64,000 nt of DNA from Auanema rhodensis (taxonomy: Eukaryota > Animalia > Nematoda), in assembly GCA_964057225.1 (NCBI GenBank), contig OZ059894.1, forward strand, positions 6,758,001 to 6,822,000. The letters run 5' to 3'. The position numbers were made by a program, and so were the translations under genes. The number at the start of each line of letters is the position of its first letter. Position 1 is the first letter of the stretch. Below the pieces are notes generated by a model. It had not been told where the DNA came from, did not search any database, and saw only the letters and a list, made by a program, of their open reading frames with translations. Shown here in pieces: positions 28,401 to 42,882 of this stretch.

Positions 28401-31400
28401 AGGAGTATCTGTATGTATATTATGGCTTTATACATAATATATATTTGTCTATTTAGGTTTATAGTTTATTGCTCAGCACTGTACCAGCACTGAGTTTAGT
28501 ACTTAATAAGAAGGACAGAGTAAATCAAAATTTAAATATTATTACTTATTATAATTATTATATTTATTTTAAATAATATCGTCAGTTTTTTTTCTTGAAA
28601 CAGCATGAACATGACATCTATCAAAGGCTTGACGTCATGGAAAACAAATATAAAACATATAAATATAGTTAAGTCAGAAAACAAATACTAAATCAAACGG
28701 GCTAAGTGAGATTTGGTGTGAAAGTTAGAATGGAAATGAATATAAGACATCGGTAGCCATTGTGTTCCATAAGCTAGAAATGTTTCCAAAAGTCATAAAA
28801 AAAACAAAAAAAAAGCTTTTGTCTTCATTTATGCTTTTCCATTTTTTTAAACTCCCCTTCTCCCCCCCCCCCACATCATTTCGCCTCCCACTTCAACGAC
28901 ATGAAAATGGAAAAAAAACAAATTTATATTTATAAGATCAGTAAGGATGAAGTTTAAACGAGAAAACAATTAATAACGAATAGATCAACAATCATTCGTC
29001 TTCGTCATCTTACATTAGTACGAGATAACTTAAGCTAAGGACAACAGAAGAATTAAGATTCGAAAGCTTATCATAAGAAAAATATTATTTAAAAAACATT
29101 GGAATGTAAAACAACATTTCAAATATAGTAATGTTTGTGTTTTACTATGTGATTTCAGGGTGAAAATAATTTCTTCTAATATTTTTTTCATTAAAACTCA
29201 ATATTTTCCTTCCTTCTTCTATTAAGTTTCAAGTTTTTGAAAAGTTTTTTTTCTGCCTTAATGCTATAGAAAATGCGATTTTTGATAATTGTTCAAAGTT
29301 TCTATGAATTTCAAACGTTTTCTTGAATATATGATTGAATACTAAGTTTAGAACAGAGTTTTAAATCTAAAGTTCTCAGCATTTATCTTCTTTGTATTGT
29401 TAAAGAGAGAGTATTACTAATTATAATCTACTCTTCAAACACAAGTCACAATGAAGACGAAGAAGAAGTTCATATGAATAGAAACTTAATTATTTTGTCC
29501 GAAAACTGAAATAGTTAGTAGAGCTTTTTTTGGAAAATCCTCATCTTTAAGCTCTATTCATTTCAATTAATAGAGAGAAAAAGGACTTTTTCTATCTAAT
29601 ATATTACATATTATGTTGATGAATCTATTGAAATAAGTTAGAGATGTTGTTTCAAAAAGCACAATACATGTACATGTACTTCAATGTTTTTCTTTTTTTT
29701 TTTTTTTTTTTATTTTATTTATATTTTAATTTAATTTGAAAATTCAAATATATTAAAGAAGTAGATATCAAATCACAATGGTAAAATGTTTTTTCTTAGT
29801 GAAATTAAAATGATAGAAGCTCATCAAATAACTCGTTGCAAGAAGATCCGACAAATATTTTGATAATTTACTGGAAACAAACGAGCAAAGAAATATGTAT
29901 GTATGTAGATGAATTAATGGAAAATACACAAAAAAAGAAAGAAAGAATATTTTAAACCATAGACGTCCTCAATTCTTGAAGAATAACAATTAATCGAAAA
30001 ACGAAAAACGAAAAACATTGTTTTTTTTTGGCTAAACTCCAGCAGAATGTTGAGTTCGATGTGGTTGAAGCATGATCTCATGATCTCATATGCAGAAATT
30101 GCAATGGGCCGGCGGATAATGAGATGAGAAGTATAACAGGATCAAATCTTCGCTTTTATTTTTTGTACTCAGAGAAGAAGGAAAAAAGAGAAGAGTTTCC
30201 AGTTACATTATATACAAAATAGGATTACACCGTTTTATTGTGAATATTTCAAGCGCAGACACACGGACAGACACATTCAGACATTCATACGGCAATGAAG
30301 TGGGAGGAAATGATGAAGCCCAAGGCCCGCTATACATCTTTTGATCCTTTCTAATTTAGGATTTCCGTTTTTAAATCCAGAAGATGAATTGAATGTGTAG
30401 GTTAGTTCAAGAAGTTCTCGAAAAAGCTTTTATGAGAAAATAAATTAATTTTCAATAAAATAAATCTATATGTATTAATTTTATTAAGATATCAAAAAGA
30501 AAATATTTCAAGTATAATGGCATATCTCATAATATTTCCATTTTTTTCATCAGCATCTTCATATTTTTCAATCTAATTATGAAATTAATTCAAAATTAAA
30601 TGAAAACGTGAAAAAGGAACTAGAATGCCACCCAAAAAACTTATTTATTTGGCAGCATCTTCCGCTTGAAGGCTTGAAGGGTTCATGGCAGGTTTTTTTT
30701 GTGACAGAAGCTCAAATTCTCACAGTTTTCTATGTCTTTACGAAGAAAAAATCAAACGAAAAAAAAAATGTAATAGAAAATAATAAAACGGAAAAACAGA
30801 TTGAATGGATTGAATTCTAGAAGTTATTAGATTTTTAGCCAGAAAATTTACAAAATGACATCATTCTCTTTACAACATTTGAGCGAAATGGCTAAATGAA
30901 TGACCCAGTACTGAGATTGGAAACGTGAAAAAGCTTCAGAGCTTCCGGTTGATGACAGCATGATCTGAGGAGGAATAGAGAACAATGAAAGAAAACAAAG
31001 AGAGGACAAGTTTGGTATTCTCGAAATCCTTGTGAAGTTGCTAATCTGATTTGAACAATAGGTGACAAGAACTTCAATATTTGTGATTGGTTAGTAGTAC
31101 TGACAGCAGACGAAAATTACATTAAAGATTGTAAGAAATAATAGATTTTCTAATATAATGTTTTAAATAGAATAAAGTAAAAATACAAAATGGTTCACAA
31201 GCTGCAAAAAAAACGAATAATCCTCTTGTGTGAGGTATTTCATCTTGCATACTGCATGGCTGAATAACAGCTCATTCCCATATGTGAAGATCAGAAGTAG
31301 GCATAAACCTATATATCTTAATGAATGTTATTATCTTGTTAAAGGTAAGAATAAATGAAAATATATATATTAAATGTGTATGTGTGTTGAAGCTTTATGT

Positions 31401-34400
31401 AGGATACAAAGGGGCAAGTGAACTAAACTAAGATAAACGATCTCCAATCCTTAGCAGTCATCAGTAAATCAAGATAAGATAAAGAAGATGAGAAAGCAAA
31501 TGTTCTTTGCTTTATTATACTCAATCTTAAGTGGAAAGTTTAGAGAGATAAAGTGACAAACTGATTAATCGAAGTCACAGGTTGTGCTTTGTTTTAAAAC
31601 ATTTTTTACATTTTTTTCATAAAGTTCTCTTCGTTCGTTCAATTTCTGTATTACAAGCTGATCACATATCTTCAGCTCAGCTATATTTATATCATCTAAT
31701 ACATTCTTTTCATAGTACTAAAATGATTAAGAATCAATTAAAATACAAATATTTCTATTATTGAATATCAAAAATAAAACTTTCTAATAATACTTAGAGC
31801 ATTGTGAACTTGTGACAAACTTAATTTTGAACTGAAAGGTAGTCGTGAAAGCTGATGGCTATGTCTGTCATAGCTGTCACTACGTGAGCCATTTGCATTT
31901 TGACATTATTTTTTATTTTTTTGGCTCACCGCGCGGTTGAGGTATTGAATTTAAAAGAGAACAGAAATAAAAAATAGACAATTTTCCAGCAATAAAATGC
32001 TACTTTAAGAGCAAAATTATTCAAATTATAATTCAAAAAAACAATTAAAATTTGGAAAAAATTTTTTTACGAGAGATTTATGTTCGATGGTCTATCTTTC
32101 AAACAAAGAAAACATTATTTTCTCATTAATCGAGTGCGTGGACTCATTAAAATATCAAAGACATGCCATTTGAAGAAATTATCAAGAATTTGATTAAAGT
32201 TTAGAACAAGTTGAAACAAGTTTGTTCCATCTTGTGTATTAAAAACATATTTTGAAATTTTAAAGTTTATTACGAGGCTATAAGAATAATTGTATTTGTT
32301 TCTATAAAGTTTATAAGATACTACTTCTAATTGAAACACATAGAACACGAAGTTTGTACTTTCAATAAGTATGTACAAATGAACAGAAAAATTTAAGAGG
32401 AAAACTAAGAATAAATTGAAATTTTGAAGAAACGGACCAATAGATCTATGGCAATATCTACATGTAGTATATCTATGTATTTTCTTGAAATATATATGTA
32501 TGAATACATATTTATATAGATAGTTCATATCTAAATTAAAGGAAAATAATTAAGAAAGAATCTCAAAATGTTATTTTTCTCAATTTTATTCAGAATATAA
32601 AGTACTTACATATAGTTAAATTAATCATTTTTTTCATTTAATACTTAATGAATATAGATAAACATTTCGTAACTTGACCGGAAACAAATTAATTTTTTTT
32701 GTTTATTTTTTTTTATAAATAAATTTACGAATATAATTTATATGGAAGTAAAATTAAGATGTTTCTTTTATAATTTATTTAAACAACTTGTTTAAATATG
32801 TAAATATTAGGGTCTTTTTCAACAAAAGTTTAAAGATTATCTTACGTCATTTAGGATTTATGTTCGGCTTTCTAACAGAAAAATAAAAGAAAAATGCACA
32901 ACATTAAGAGTGATATCTTTGGTTCAAATATATTTATATTTGCTTTATTTTCTATTGATATTTCTCATTTTAAAATTTGATTCAAAACTTGAAGATATGT
33001 GATGAAGATTTTGATTTAAGCTTTTTTGGTATATTTGAATAATTCTACTTCTATGTGGGCTTAGGTATTGTATGATAAAGTATATCATCAAAAAATGGCT
33101 GGAAATTATATAAATAGAACAAGTTGATAGATAAATTAGAAAAATCTTGAACGAGTGAGATTTGGAGATCAAATTCAATAGCTGTGAACAAGAGTAACGA
33201 CAAGCGTTTCAGATAGAGGTGAGATTCATTTGCAACTGACAGCTCATACGTTATCATCAAGATCAACTCAATGGCTCAAAAGCATCAATGGTGAAATGGT
33301 TGAAAGATTAAAATATCTTGTTTGACGACAGCTGTCTATTCCTTTGTGTTAGCACATGATTATCTACCAAAAAAGGGGAAGTGATGCGTGCTCGCAGAGC
33401 TGAGATGTGAACATAGTGCTGTGCACTCCTGATGCTAAGGAAGCACACAAGCGAAAATACAAAGTTTTTTTGTATAGAAGTTTAGGTCGAATAGTATGGG
33501 GTTAGGACAGGAAATGACGACTCTGACTATGGTACAATGATTAAAAATTAGAAATAGAAGATAAGAGCAGCGTAATTCAAGATGTTTGGATAAGAACATA
33601 CATATAGAAAGTCAAGATAGGAAGCCAAATAAGAAAGTTTTTAGAATTTGTTTTTTCGCTTTAAATAAGAGAAATACATCTCAATTATTTGGAAGGTAAT
33701 TACTTCTTGAAATACGAACGACGGATGAAGTATTCAGAGATACAAATAAGAAATAGAGGAATCTTCAGAAAGAAAAGGTTTCATTCTTTTGAGAAGAGAT
33801 TTTTGCCTTCAAAGTCTAGATTCAGACAGAGTGACTGAGCATCATAAACTGGCAACAATCTCCAGCATAATGACTTATTTTGAGAGCAAACTTCATAAAA
33901 ATATGCAAATAATCAGGGGGAAACTAAAAGTAAAGTGATGGAAATATGTTAGTATGGCGGATTTAGTAGTAAACGAAAAAAAATGATTTAAAGCATATTT
34001 AGTATAGTTTTTGAAAAAAAAAACTTGAATTCTTTCCTATAGGTGGTATATATGGAAATCGTATGTGCTTGACCCTTTATAATATATACCCGGAAACAAT
34101 TGTCGAAAATTCTTTTATAAATTTTTTTTTCAATAATCTCTATGAAGTATTGTAAGACGGGAATTCAAAAATTGAATAAAAGCAGGTCGATTAAGTTGAC
34201 GCAAAAGCGGGGGTAGAGGAAAAGTCTCTGACCGAAACAAAAAAAAAGATGAGGAAGAAGAGAACAAGGCTGATGTTAGTCTCATTTTCTTATTCATCAT
34301 ACATAAATAATAAGATTTAATTGTCAATTTTGTTGTTCTTCTTTACTTCCAAAAAAAATAAAAAATCTAACGGAAAACAATGTTTTTACGGTTCGACGAT

Positions 34401-37245
34401 TGAAGTAAAACAGAAAGAGATATTAGGGTTTAAGCAACAAAACCGAAAAAAAAACAAAAGAAAAAGAAAACTACAATTATTTCTCAGAAAAAAATATTCA
34501 AAATCATCTATGAATCAGTAATCTTAGTAATTCTTAACCATACTTTCATATACTATGACATGTTTGTCATAATATAGATGGAGCATTGATCTGAGATGAA
34601 TGTAAAGAAGAGGGGAAGTTGTTACCTTCAAATGTCAAAGATGATCTCATGCGATCTGCCCATCTGAATCATCAGAATTTCCGTTTGAGATCATTCAGAC
34701 TAATTAAGAATGTAATGTTGTCTTAAGCTGGACAGCTTTGTTCACCTAATCCAACACATTTTTTGTTTCTAAATGGCCTATTAGAATGAAACTAAGAAGA
34801 ATAATGCATTAATTACTTAAGCATTTTTGCTGTATGTATGCTCAAATACAACCAGCATTTGCAGAAAAAAAAAGTTGTGAATTAAGCAGTCTGCTGATTC
34901 GTAGAGAATGACGTCTTCTTTTGACTATGAATAGACAACTAATTTAGTCATATCTGTATAGCCTTTTTTCAATATACATGCTGGTTAGAGAATCTAATAA
35001 AGAAAACGAGAACGAATGCACAGACACTTAAGCTTCACTGACCATGCTGTCTTCTAGAATCAGGCACATGGCACAGAAGATTAGGCTTTAATCTTTTCAC
35101 TCCAATTTGTTCTGTTTCTGATCTTTTTTTCTTTTTCGTATTCTTCTTCTTTCTTTTTTTTATTTAAGAAGAAAAAATGAAACTAACCGATTCGATGTAA
35201 AGCTTCCGAATGAAAGCAGGGAGTAATGTACTAAAGAAGATATGCCTGTAGCTCACTGCTCACAATTGAAATTGAAATAAGGCCCGGGGGTAATGCATGT
35301 TTAGATGCTCATATACTATGTATACAATGATCTGAATGATAATTTGGAATCTACAGAACGGGAGGAGATATGGCATAGCGATGATAGAGTTATAGCTGAA
35401 TGACGTGCGACTAGTTCATCAAAAACTATTTTAGTTTTGCTCATTCTATATCGGGTTCATTGGATTTTGAGTCATTGAATACCCAAAACTTAAATTTTAT
35501 TATAATAGCGATGTCCAGCTCATAGATGGACCTTCATGGTTGTAACAAGATAGAGTCTCCAGAAGATAACTTTGGATGGACTCCGATTTATGAGATTCTG
35601 CAGACGAATTCAATTTATTTTTCTTCACATTTGGAGACAATTTAATAACAAGTATACAAAGATCTGTTGAATGATATAAGCGGCCAGCACTAATGTACTT
35701 TTGTATGGAAAAAGAGAAAAAAAGGAAGAAAATGAAGTAAAACTTTAGCGGAATTTACCAAACATTTTACATTAAAGCACTAGAAGAAAAGTGGGGTTTG
35801 TAATGCGATATAGAATTAGAAAACGAGGATGTAGCTTTGAATAGCTGAACAGTCTGTTTTGCAATACATCCAGCTTCTATTAAGTTTTCAACAAGTCTAA
35901 AGAAAAAAATGAAGTTCAAAGAGCCATGTACCGCTCTTGATCTTCCGACAAAGTTTTTAAAGCTTTAGCAAGTTTGAAGTAAGAGAGCTTGAAGATTTAT
36001 CCGACAGGAGATGAAAGATGTTAAAACATATGAGCCACGTTTTTTCATTCAGGTATGAATGAGCATAGAAGTAATAAAATTCGGAAATTCTGACTCACAA
36101 AAGAGTTAAGATTAGCAAAATATAATTTTAAGAAATGTAAGATTAAAGATAACATTAAATATTCGAATAAAAAAGAAGAAGATGAAGCAAAGTTGGAAGC
36201 AAGGAAAGGCAACCCGTGATCCTTCAAAGCTAAGATGTCAAGGCACACACCTGATGTGAGTTGTGATATTTCAAGAAAAAGAAGAAGCTTCTCTCATGTT
36301 CCAGTTTAAGTTTAAATACAAATATTACTTTCAATAGACAGAAGAATTATATTTGAAGAAAACGTGGGAGTAGTGGGAATTGAGAGTTTTCCATGTTTGA
36401 ATCCTGCAGTGTATATGCAGATCGTAGATAGATGAATATAAAATGTCTAATGTCGATGAGGAAAGTAAGAAACAAAAAAAAAAGAAATGAGAACTAATAT
36501 ATGGGCTTTTAGAATTATTATAAGTGGAAAAAAAAATTTATAGATATATTGGTAATAGATGAATAGTATAGTTTATAGTTATATATGTAAATGCGTATAT
36601 GAGGATAGATAGAAGAATCAAAAACCTTTTTAAAAAATGTCGGAATTTTCACTGCAGACTTGCGGATAAGTGACAAACTCAGGAATATTAAGGAATAGAG
36701 CGTTGTTTTGGTTGGATAGATAGTGAAACCCAAACTCTCGTTTCGTCATTAGACATTCAGAAAAAAGGCTCTCTAATGGTTTTTGTGTGTTTTTAATCCT
36801 CATATTCAGTTAAAGAAACAAAAAAAAAATAAATAAGTGTTGATGTGTATTAAGGATCGAGCAATGAAAATGAAACAATGTACGTACTACGTAGATGTTT
36901 GTTGTTGCATGTTTCACAACAACGAAGTTGTTTAATGTTTGAAATGAGCTAAATTGTAATAGTAGATTTGAAATTTGTGTAGAGCATTGAATTGAATTCA
37001 TTAATTGTGTGCAGAATTAGAAGATCTGAATGTGTCCATAACAGCAGTAGCATCTAAATAATCAAAGTAATTATTGTGATTAATACGACTAACAGATGTA
37101 CTTTACTACATGATATACGAGAGATAAGATAATATTATTATTAGTATTCAGGAAATATATTGTTATTTCAATTTTAAAATTAGATAAATTTAGTTTTTAC
37201 TATGTGTTATAAAGCAATATGTTAAGAGCACGTTCCAATTTTCCA

Positions 37246-37246
37246 G

Positions 37247-37320
<74 letters not shown>
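37246..37320. repeat. (CT)n microsatellite
   Basis: Direct reading. Confidence 0.95.
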
Positions 37321-40300
37321 GTTACTTATTTTCTCTCCTACACCGAACCTCTACAACTTCTCCCACTCTCCTTTCCTTACTACATAAACTCAGTGTCATC
37401 TTCCTACTGACTACACACGTGTCATTCAAATGAATGTCACTCGTCACTGAAACGTATATGAATATCTCCCGCATACTACAGCATCTGACCTTTGAAACCC
37501 GGAATTAAAGAAGTTGCAATTCTTCGTTTTATGCTCAATGTTTGTTCAACAATTAGTTTTTTCTAAGAAATTTCCATTAACTTGTGCAATCTAACAGAAA
37601 TATCCGAATCTGTATATAATCTTCTGGTCATATTTTTCATGAACTTCCAACCTCCATTTATTAGCAGGAGCAGCAGAGGCGAGAGCAGCAGTAACATCAA
37701 ACAAATTGTCCCGAATTGCATGAAACGATTTTGTCGTTCTGAACACCAACATAGATCAACCGTTTTATGCGACCGCAGATAGAAGTATGGCATTTTTCAC
37801 GTGTTTTCACGTAATTTAGAAAAAATTGCTTAGGGTAATTAGCATAAATTAACGTAGAGCTCTGATCTTATCAGAAAGCTTTCATATAAATTAGTATATT
37901 CTTGTTTACAGCATTAATTATATGGCATATATGAAACTAGAATAGTGAGCTTACAAAGAAAAATATAATTAATGCAACCATATAATATTAAGTGAACGGA
38001 TAATATTAAGTGATCAAAGTTTATTCTTTTTTAGTTGAACAGCTGTCCATTTACTTATACAATAGCAAGAATATGAAACGAATTTTCTTCAAAAGAGCGA
38101 AAAACATTAAAAATAACAATAATAAGCAGGGAAATAGCATAATAAAATTCTTTCCGAAGGATTTACAGAATAAGCAAGGTCTTTTTCGGTTATAGCAGTT
38201 TTAAGTTTTGATTTATCTGAGGAACTAGCTTCAGTATATTGTGACAAGATACTATTAAACAAAGAAAAGCATAACTATGTGTGTATGAGTTGAGAACCAT
38301 TTTCATATTCCTACCGTGTTTTCGGTTCGTCTTGCAGTACTCGTATTTCAAGTTTGGGTAAGGAGGGCGGAGAAAGGTAAAGCATACACATCCTCCAACA
38401 TGTATGTTCATAAGTAAAGATTTGAGCTTATGTGTATTAATCTTGAGAGTAAGGAACTGAAAGGGAACAAGATTGAGAGAGAGAGAGAGGGAAAGAAAGC
38501 ACATAGAGGGGAATTTTGTCTAAACTTAAACCATCGGCTCAGATTAAAAAAAATGAATAATAAGGTATTTCGTATGCTGTTCTAATTGTTGATGCAATGC
38601 CGAATTGTCACCCATTGATGAATATTAGTTGAAGGATAACAGTAAAGCCAAATTCAATAGAACATCGTCATACATATTTACACATATATACTAAAAAATA
38701 ACAATATAAATAATAATAATATTATTTATTATTATTAATATTATTATTATAGTTATAACCATACACGCGAAATGAAAATTTCCTTTTGAAGCTCAACTGA
38801 AAACATAAATTTGTGGAATAGCAGCACTGTCAGATGGGATCATTCAAAATATAATACATTTTATTCAGAAAGTGAATTTTACAATACATTGACAAGAGAA
38901 AAATTAATATAATTGAAATTTATATACTCAATTAATGAATTAATATCATAAATTTTGATAAAAATTTACATTTTGAGAAGAAAAAGTTAAAATTTAATTT
39001 CATTGAAATCAGAGTTTTCCAACGCATCGGACGTTTTTCACAATTTTTTTAATGTAATTTTGCAAAATTATTTTACAAAATACAGTCTTAGCGTTTTATT
39101 ATTTCATTTTTTTAAATTTTATATAAATATTTTTGATTAGAAAATGGCAATGAAATACAATTTTAGTTGAAATAAAATTTATAATATTATTTTAAAGTTT
39201 ATATAGTTTTAAAACTTTTTTATAATCAAATATGCTTAAGCTCTTCTTTCATTTAATGTTCGTTTGTTGAACAATTACCAAAAATTATACAAATAAGTAT
39301 TTCTACTACTTTACTAAATAAGGCAAACATTTTTTTTTTTCAAAAAATTGTAAAACTAAGCTAAACTTGAAAAAAAAATCATAAATACAGTAAGCATAGA
39401 GAAAAAAGAAGCAAATATGTAGCCGGTTAGAAAGGCAAAATGTATTTAAAGCTTATTAGGTCAAGTTTTCAAAGCTTATTTTGGAAATTTTGCAGAAATA
39501 ATAAAATATGACATTCATTCATTTGATAATAGAAATGCTAAAAAAACACCTATAGAGTTTTCCATCTGATTGAATCTATGAGCAAATTGGTCGGTTTAAA
39601 TATAAAAAATGCTTTGTCAACTACCAATTTACCAGCTTAATTAGGAAAGTTTATTATTTAATCTTTATTATATTTTTCATTTAAATAAATTTACATATGG
39701 ATACAATACAACTTTATAAAATAAAATTATTATTATTAATATAATATGATACAATCGATGAATTTGGGATTCCTAATTTCATTTGATCCTCAATTTCTTA
39801 TTCTGAGCCATGTTATTCATCATAGTATTACCTAAACTATTAGAAATTTGGAACCTGTGTTCACTCTCATGTTTCAAGTAGTAATGTGATATTCGATTTT
39901 GTTTGTATGTTATTTTAAATGTTACTCCTCCTTGTTTAGGATTTACTAATTGTTTTTGAACTTCCACGTCCCCTATTCAACATCAGGAAGATGTACATCG
40001 TATGTAACTGTCCCCAATCTTTAGTTGGTCCCTTCTCTGAGCTAAATTTTGTCGATTGCCAAAGTAAAAAATTTGGGAAAAAACCAAAAAAAAAAAGACT
40101 GAAAGAGGGTGGAAAGCGAAATGAGGAAAGATGAGGGAAGAGCAAAATGGAAGAAGAGAAACTCGAAAATAAGCTTTCGAGCAGGAGAGCAATAGAGCAA
40201 AAAAGAAGAAAGAGAAAGTGAGAAAGGATACGAAGATGAGAGACCGCAGAGAGATAAAGACGGAAAAGGCACATTCAGCCGTTTTTCACCCCGTATTTAT

Positions 40301-42813
40301 TGGTGAGCTCGTCTGGCTCCTCATCTACTACCAACACCATCAAAGCCGCCACCTAGCCCTCTCCATTTTCCTCTGTTTTCTTTCTCTCTCGATCTCTCGC
40401 ATCTCTATAATCTTTTTTGTCTTTATATCTCTTTTTCTCAATGGCAGATTCAATAAACCCCGAATCATTCTGCAAATGGAGCGCGACGGCCTCTAGACCA
40501 AATGCTGTATCCGTCGTCGTTCATTTACCACCTCATCCCATGCTTCATGTCATCGACTTCAAACTTCTCATTTTGATGCCGATGATCTATCACCGAAAGT
40601 TTCTCTGTTAAATGAAAATAAAAGTAAATGAAAAAGTTGTTCAACATACTTGTACACAAGTCGACCTTTATAATCAGCTCCAAGTTTAATTAGGCTAATT
40701 AATGAATGGAAATTGCATGCGAATTGTTTATCGTATATACATTCTTTTTAACTATGTGTATAGTAGTACTAGGTCGTTCGCTTTGATGAGGCACATGAGG
40801 GTGTTTCCTCCTTCCTACTTTCTTTTCCCTTCTGCAAACCCCGCGCAATCCTGTTTTGCTCCTTTAGATCCTTTACTCGAATCACTTTGTTTATCTCCTC
40901 TCCCTTTTCTGGACGATGGTTCGATGTAGGCTTCCGGGACTAATATGGACTAAATATATACGAATAGGACAACTTACATAATTTTAAGTAAAAAAGATTT
41001 ATTAAAGAAAATTAGATAAAATATAAAGTTTTAGTTAAATAATTTTTTTATTTTTCAAATGCATAATGAATAAACAAAAATATTTAGATTGAGGGAGTCG
41101 TAGAAAATCAAATGAAATAGTAAAGTGTGAAATTGGAAAAATCAGAAAAGATGCATGATATAGGCTTTTGCTTGTGCTCAATTAGCCAAAACGATAGTAT
41201 GTAGATAGATGGATGATGAGGTGAATCACATCATTGTCTGCTTTTTCATTCAACTTTTATCATGTCTTTCTATTGATCACATGCTCTTCGTTGATTTTAC
41301 ATGTCTGTATATGCATACATGAAGATATTTTATTTCTAGATCAAACAACAAATGAAGAAAAATATAAAAATATAAAAACTTTTTTAATATCTGCAGCCTA
41401 AAATCCACATTTTTCATGAAAAAATATTGAAAAGCTGTATGGAAACCTAATTATGATATATAAATTCATTAGCTTCATAGGGTAATCAGTTAAGAAGACG
41501 AATGGACAACGCCTTGCGCAGTAGTTCCAGAAGAACCCCCGGCATACAAAAAACCGACAACGAAACCAGTTGAGCGACAGGGAAAGGGGAGATGGGAAGT
41601 GAGAGGGGGAACTGTCAGCAGGCGAGCTCTCTTTATCTATCTCTCACAGCCTCCCCCCTCTTTTCTCATTGACTTTACCACTCTAACACTCTCTTTCTTT
41701 ATCTCTCTCTCATTCTTTTCACTTTTTGGCTAAGACCAGAACGCACATACACACGTAGGCACGCAACCGTCCAATACGTACATTCATATATCTTGTATAT
41801 TATAGATAAATATATTGACGATATATGATTGCTATAATGAGTTATGAATGAAATCAGCTATTTTCATTTTTTTATTCTACAATGCTTTGATTTGCATCAG
41901 TATCTCGTAATATGCTCTCAAGTTGACTTGTTCATATATTCTGTGCTCCTTTTCCGTGCTCACACCTTGATTTGAGCATGATTTTAGTCTTATTTCCTAC
42001 AATAATTTCCATTTCAATATTCATGCGGATGTTTATTTTTTTTTTTCAAAATTTTCGCCATTTGTATGTTGGTGATGTTAGCGTAAATCTCACGTCAGTC
42101 TTATTTTTACTTGAACGGGCCAATGAAGCGGTTGTGTCTCGTATTTCAAATTACTCTCCACTTTCATTCCTTTGTAATATTTATTCATTAGGCTTGTAGG
42201 AATTGATCTAAACTTAAGCTTCATCTTCAATCTGACTTTATCAATATGTTGTTGTTTATTTCTCAAAATCTAGCATCTCATCAAGACAGAGATGCGTATC
42301 ATCTCATTAACTTATCATCAATGCTTACTGTGTTTGTCACCACATCTCATTTACTCGACAATATTCTATTTTATTTTTTATTTAAGGATCATTTGCTTTC
42401 TCTGTTTGTCTCGTTTTGACATTGGGCATATATCTTTTCATAATATTCTGAGAAAAAACTCTTATCAAGACATCACATCTTCAAATCTGCCCAAATATCC
42501 CATTCGCTCACTATAGTCCGATTTGCCAATTTTCACAAGTTTTTTTTCCCATGAAGTTAGCTAATCCTATACAAGTATATTTTAGTTTTGTTGAATTGTT
42601 AATGTTGGCCAAGTGACGGATATGAGAGCAAGTACTTCCAATTGAGTTTTGCTGTCAAATTTCTGAACGCTTTGATTATCTATTTTGACTCGACTGAACT
42701 AACATTTGTCGATTATGTAACTATAAACTGAGTATCAACATCTATTTTTTCTTTCGTTAGTTCATTCGTGTTCTATCACTAGCTTCTACTCTTTATATAT
42801 TATGTATTCTTAT

Positions 42814-42815
<2 letters not shown>

Positions 42816-42880
<65 letters not shown>
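42816..42880. repeat. (CT)n microsatellite
   Basis: Direct reading. Confidence 0.95.

Positions 42881-42882
<2 letters not shown>

Noticed and set aside
34539-34612. Partial miR-1-like matches (also at ~29100) and a partial miR-76-like match at ~48558
   Set aside because: Seed or 3' half mismatched, and no proper precursor geometry.
35526-35645. 39-aa ORF containing ankyrin-like DNFGWTPIYE
   Set aside because: Single short motif with no flanking repeats or linked exons; likely chance.
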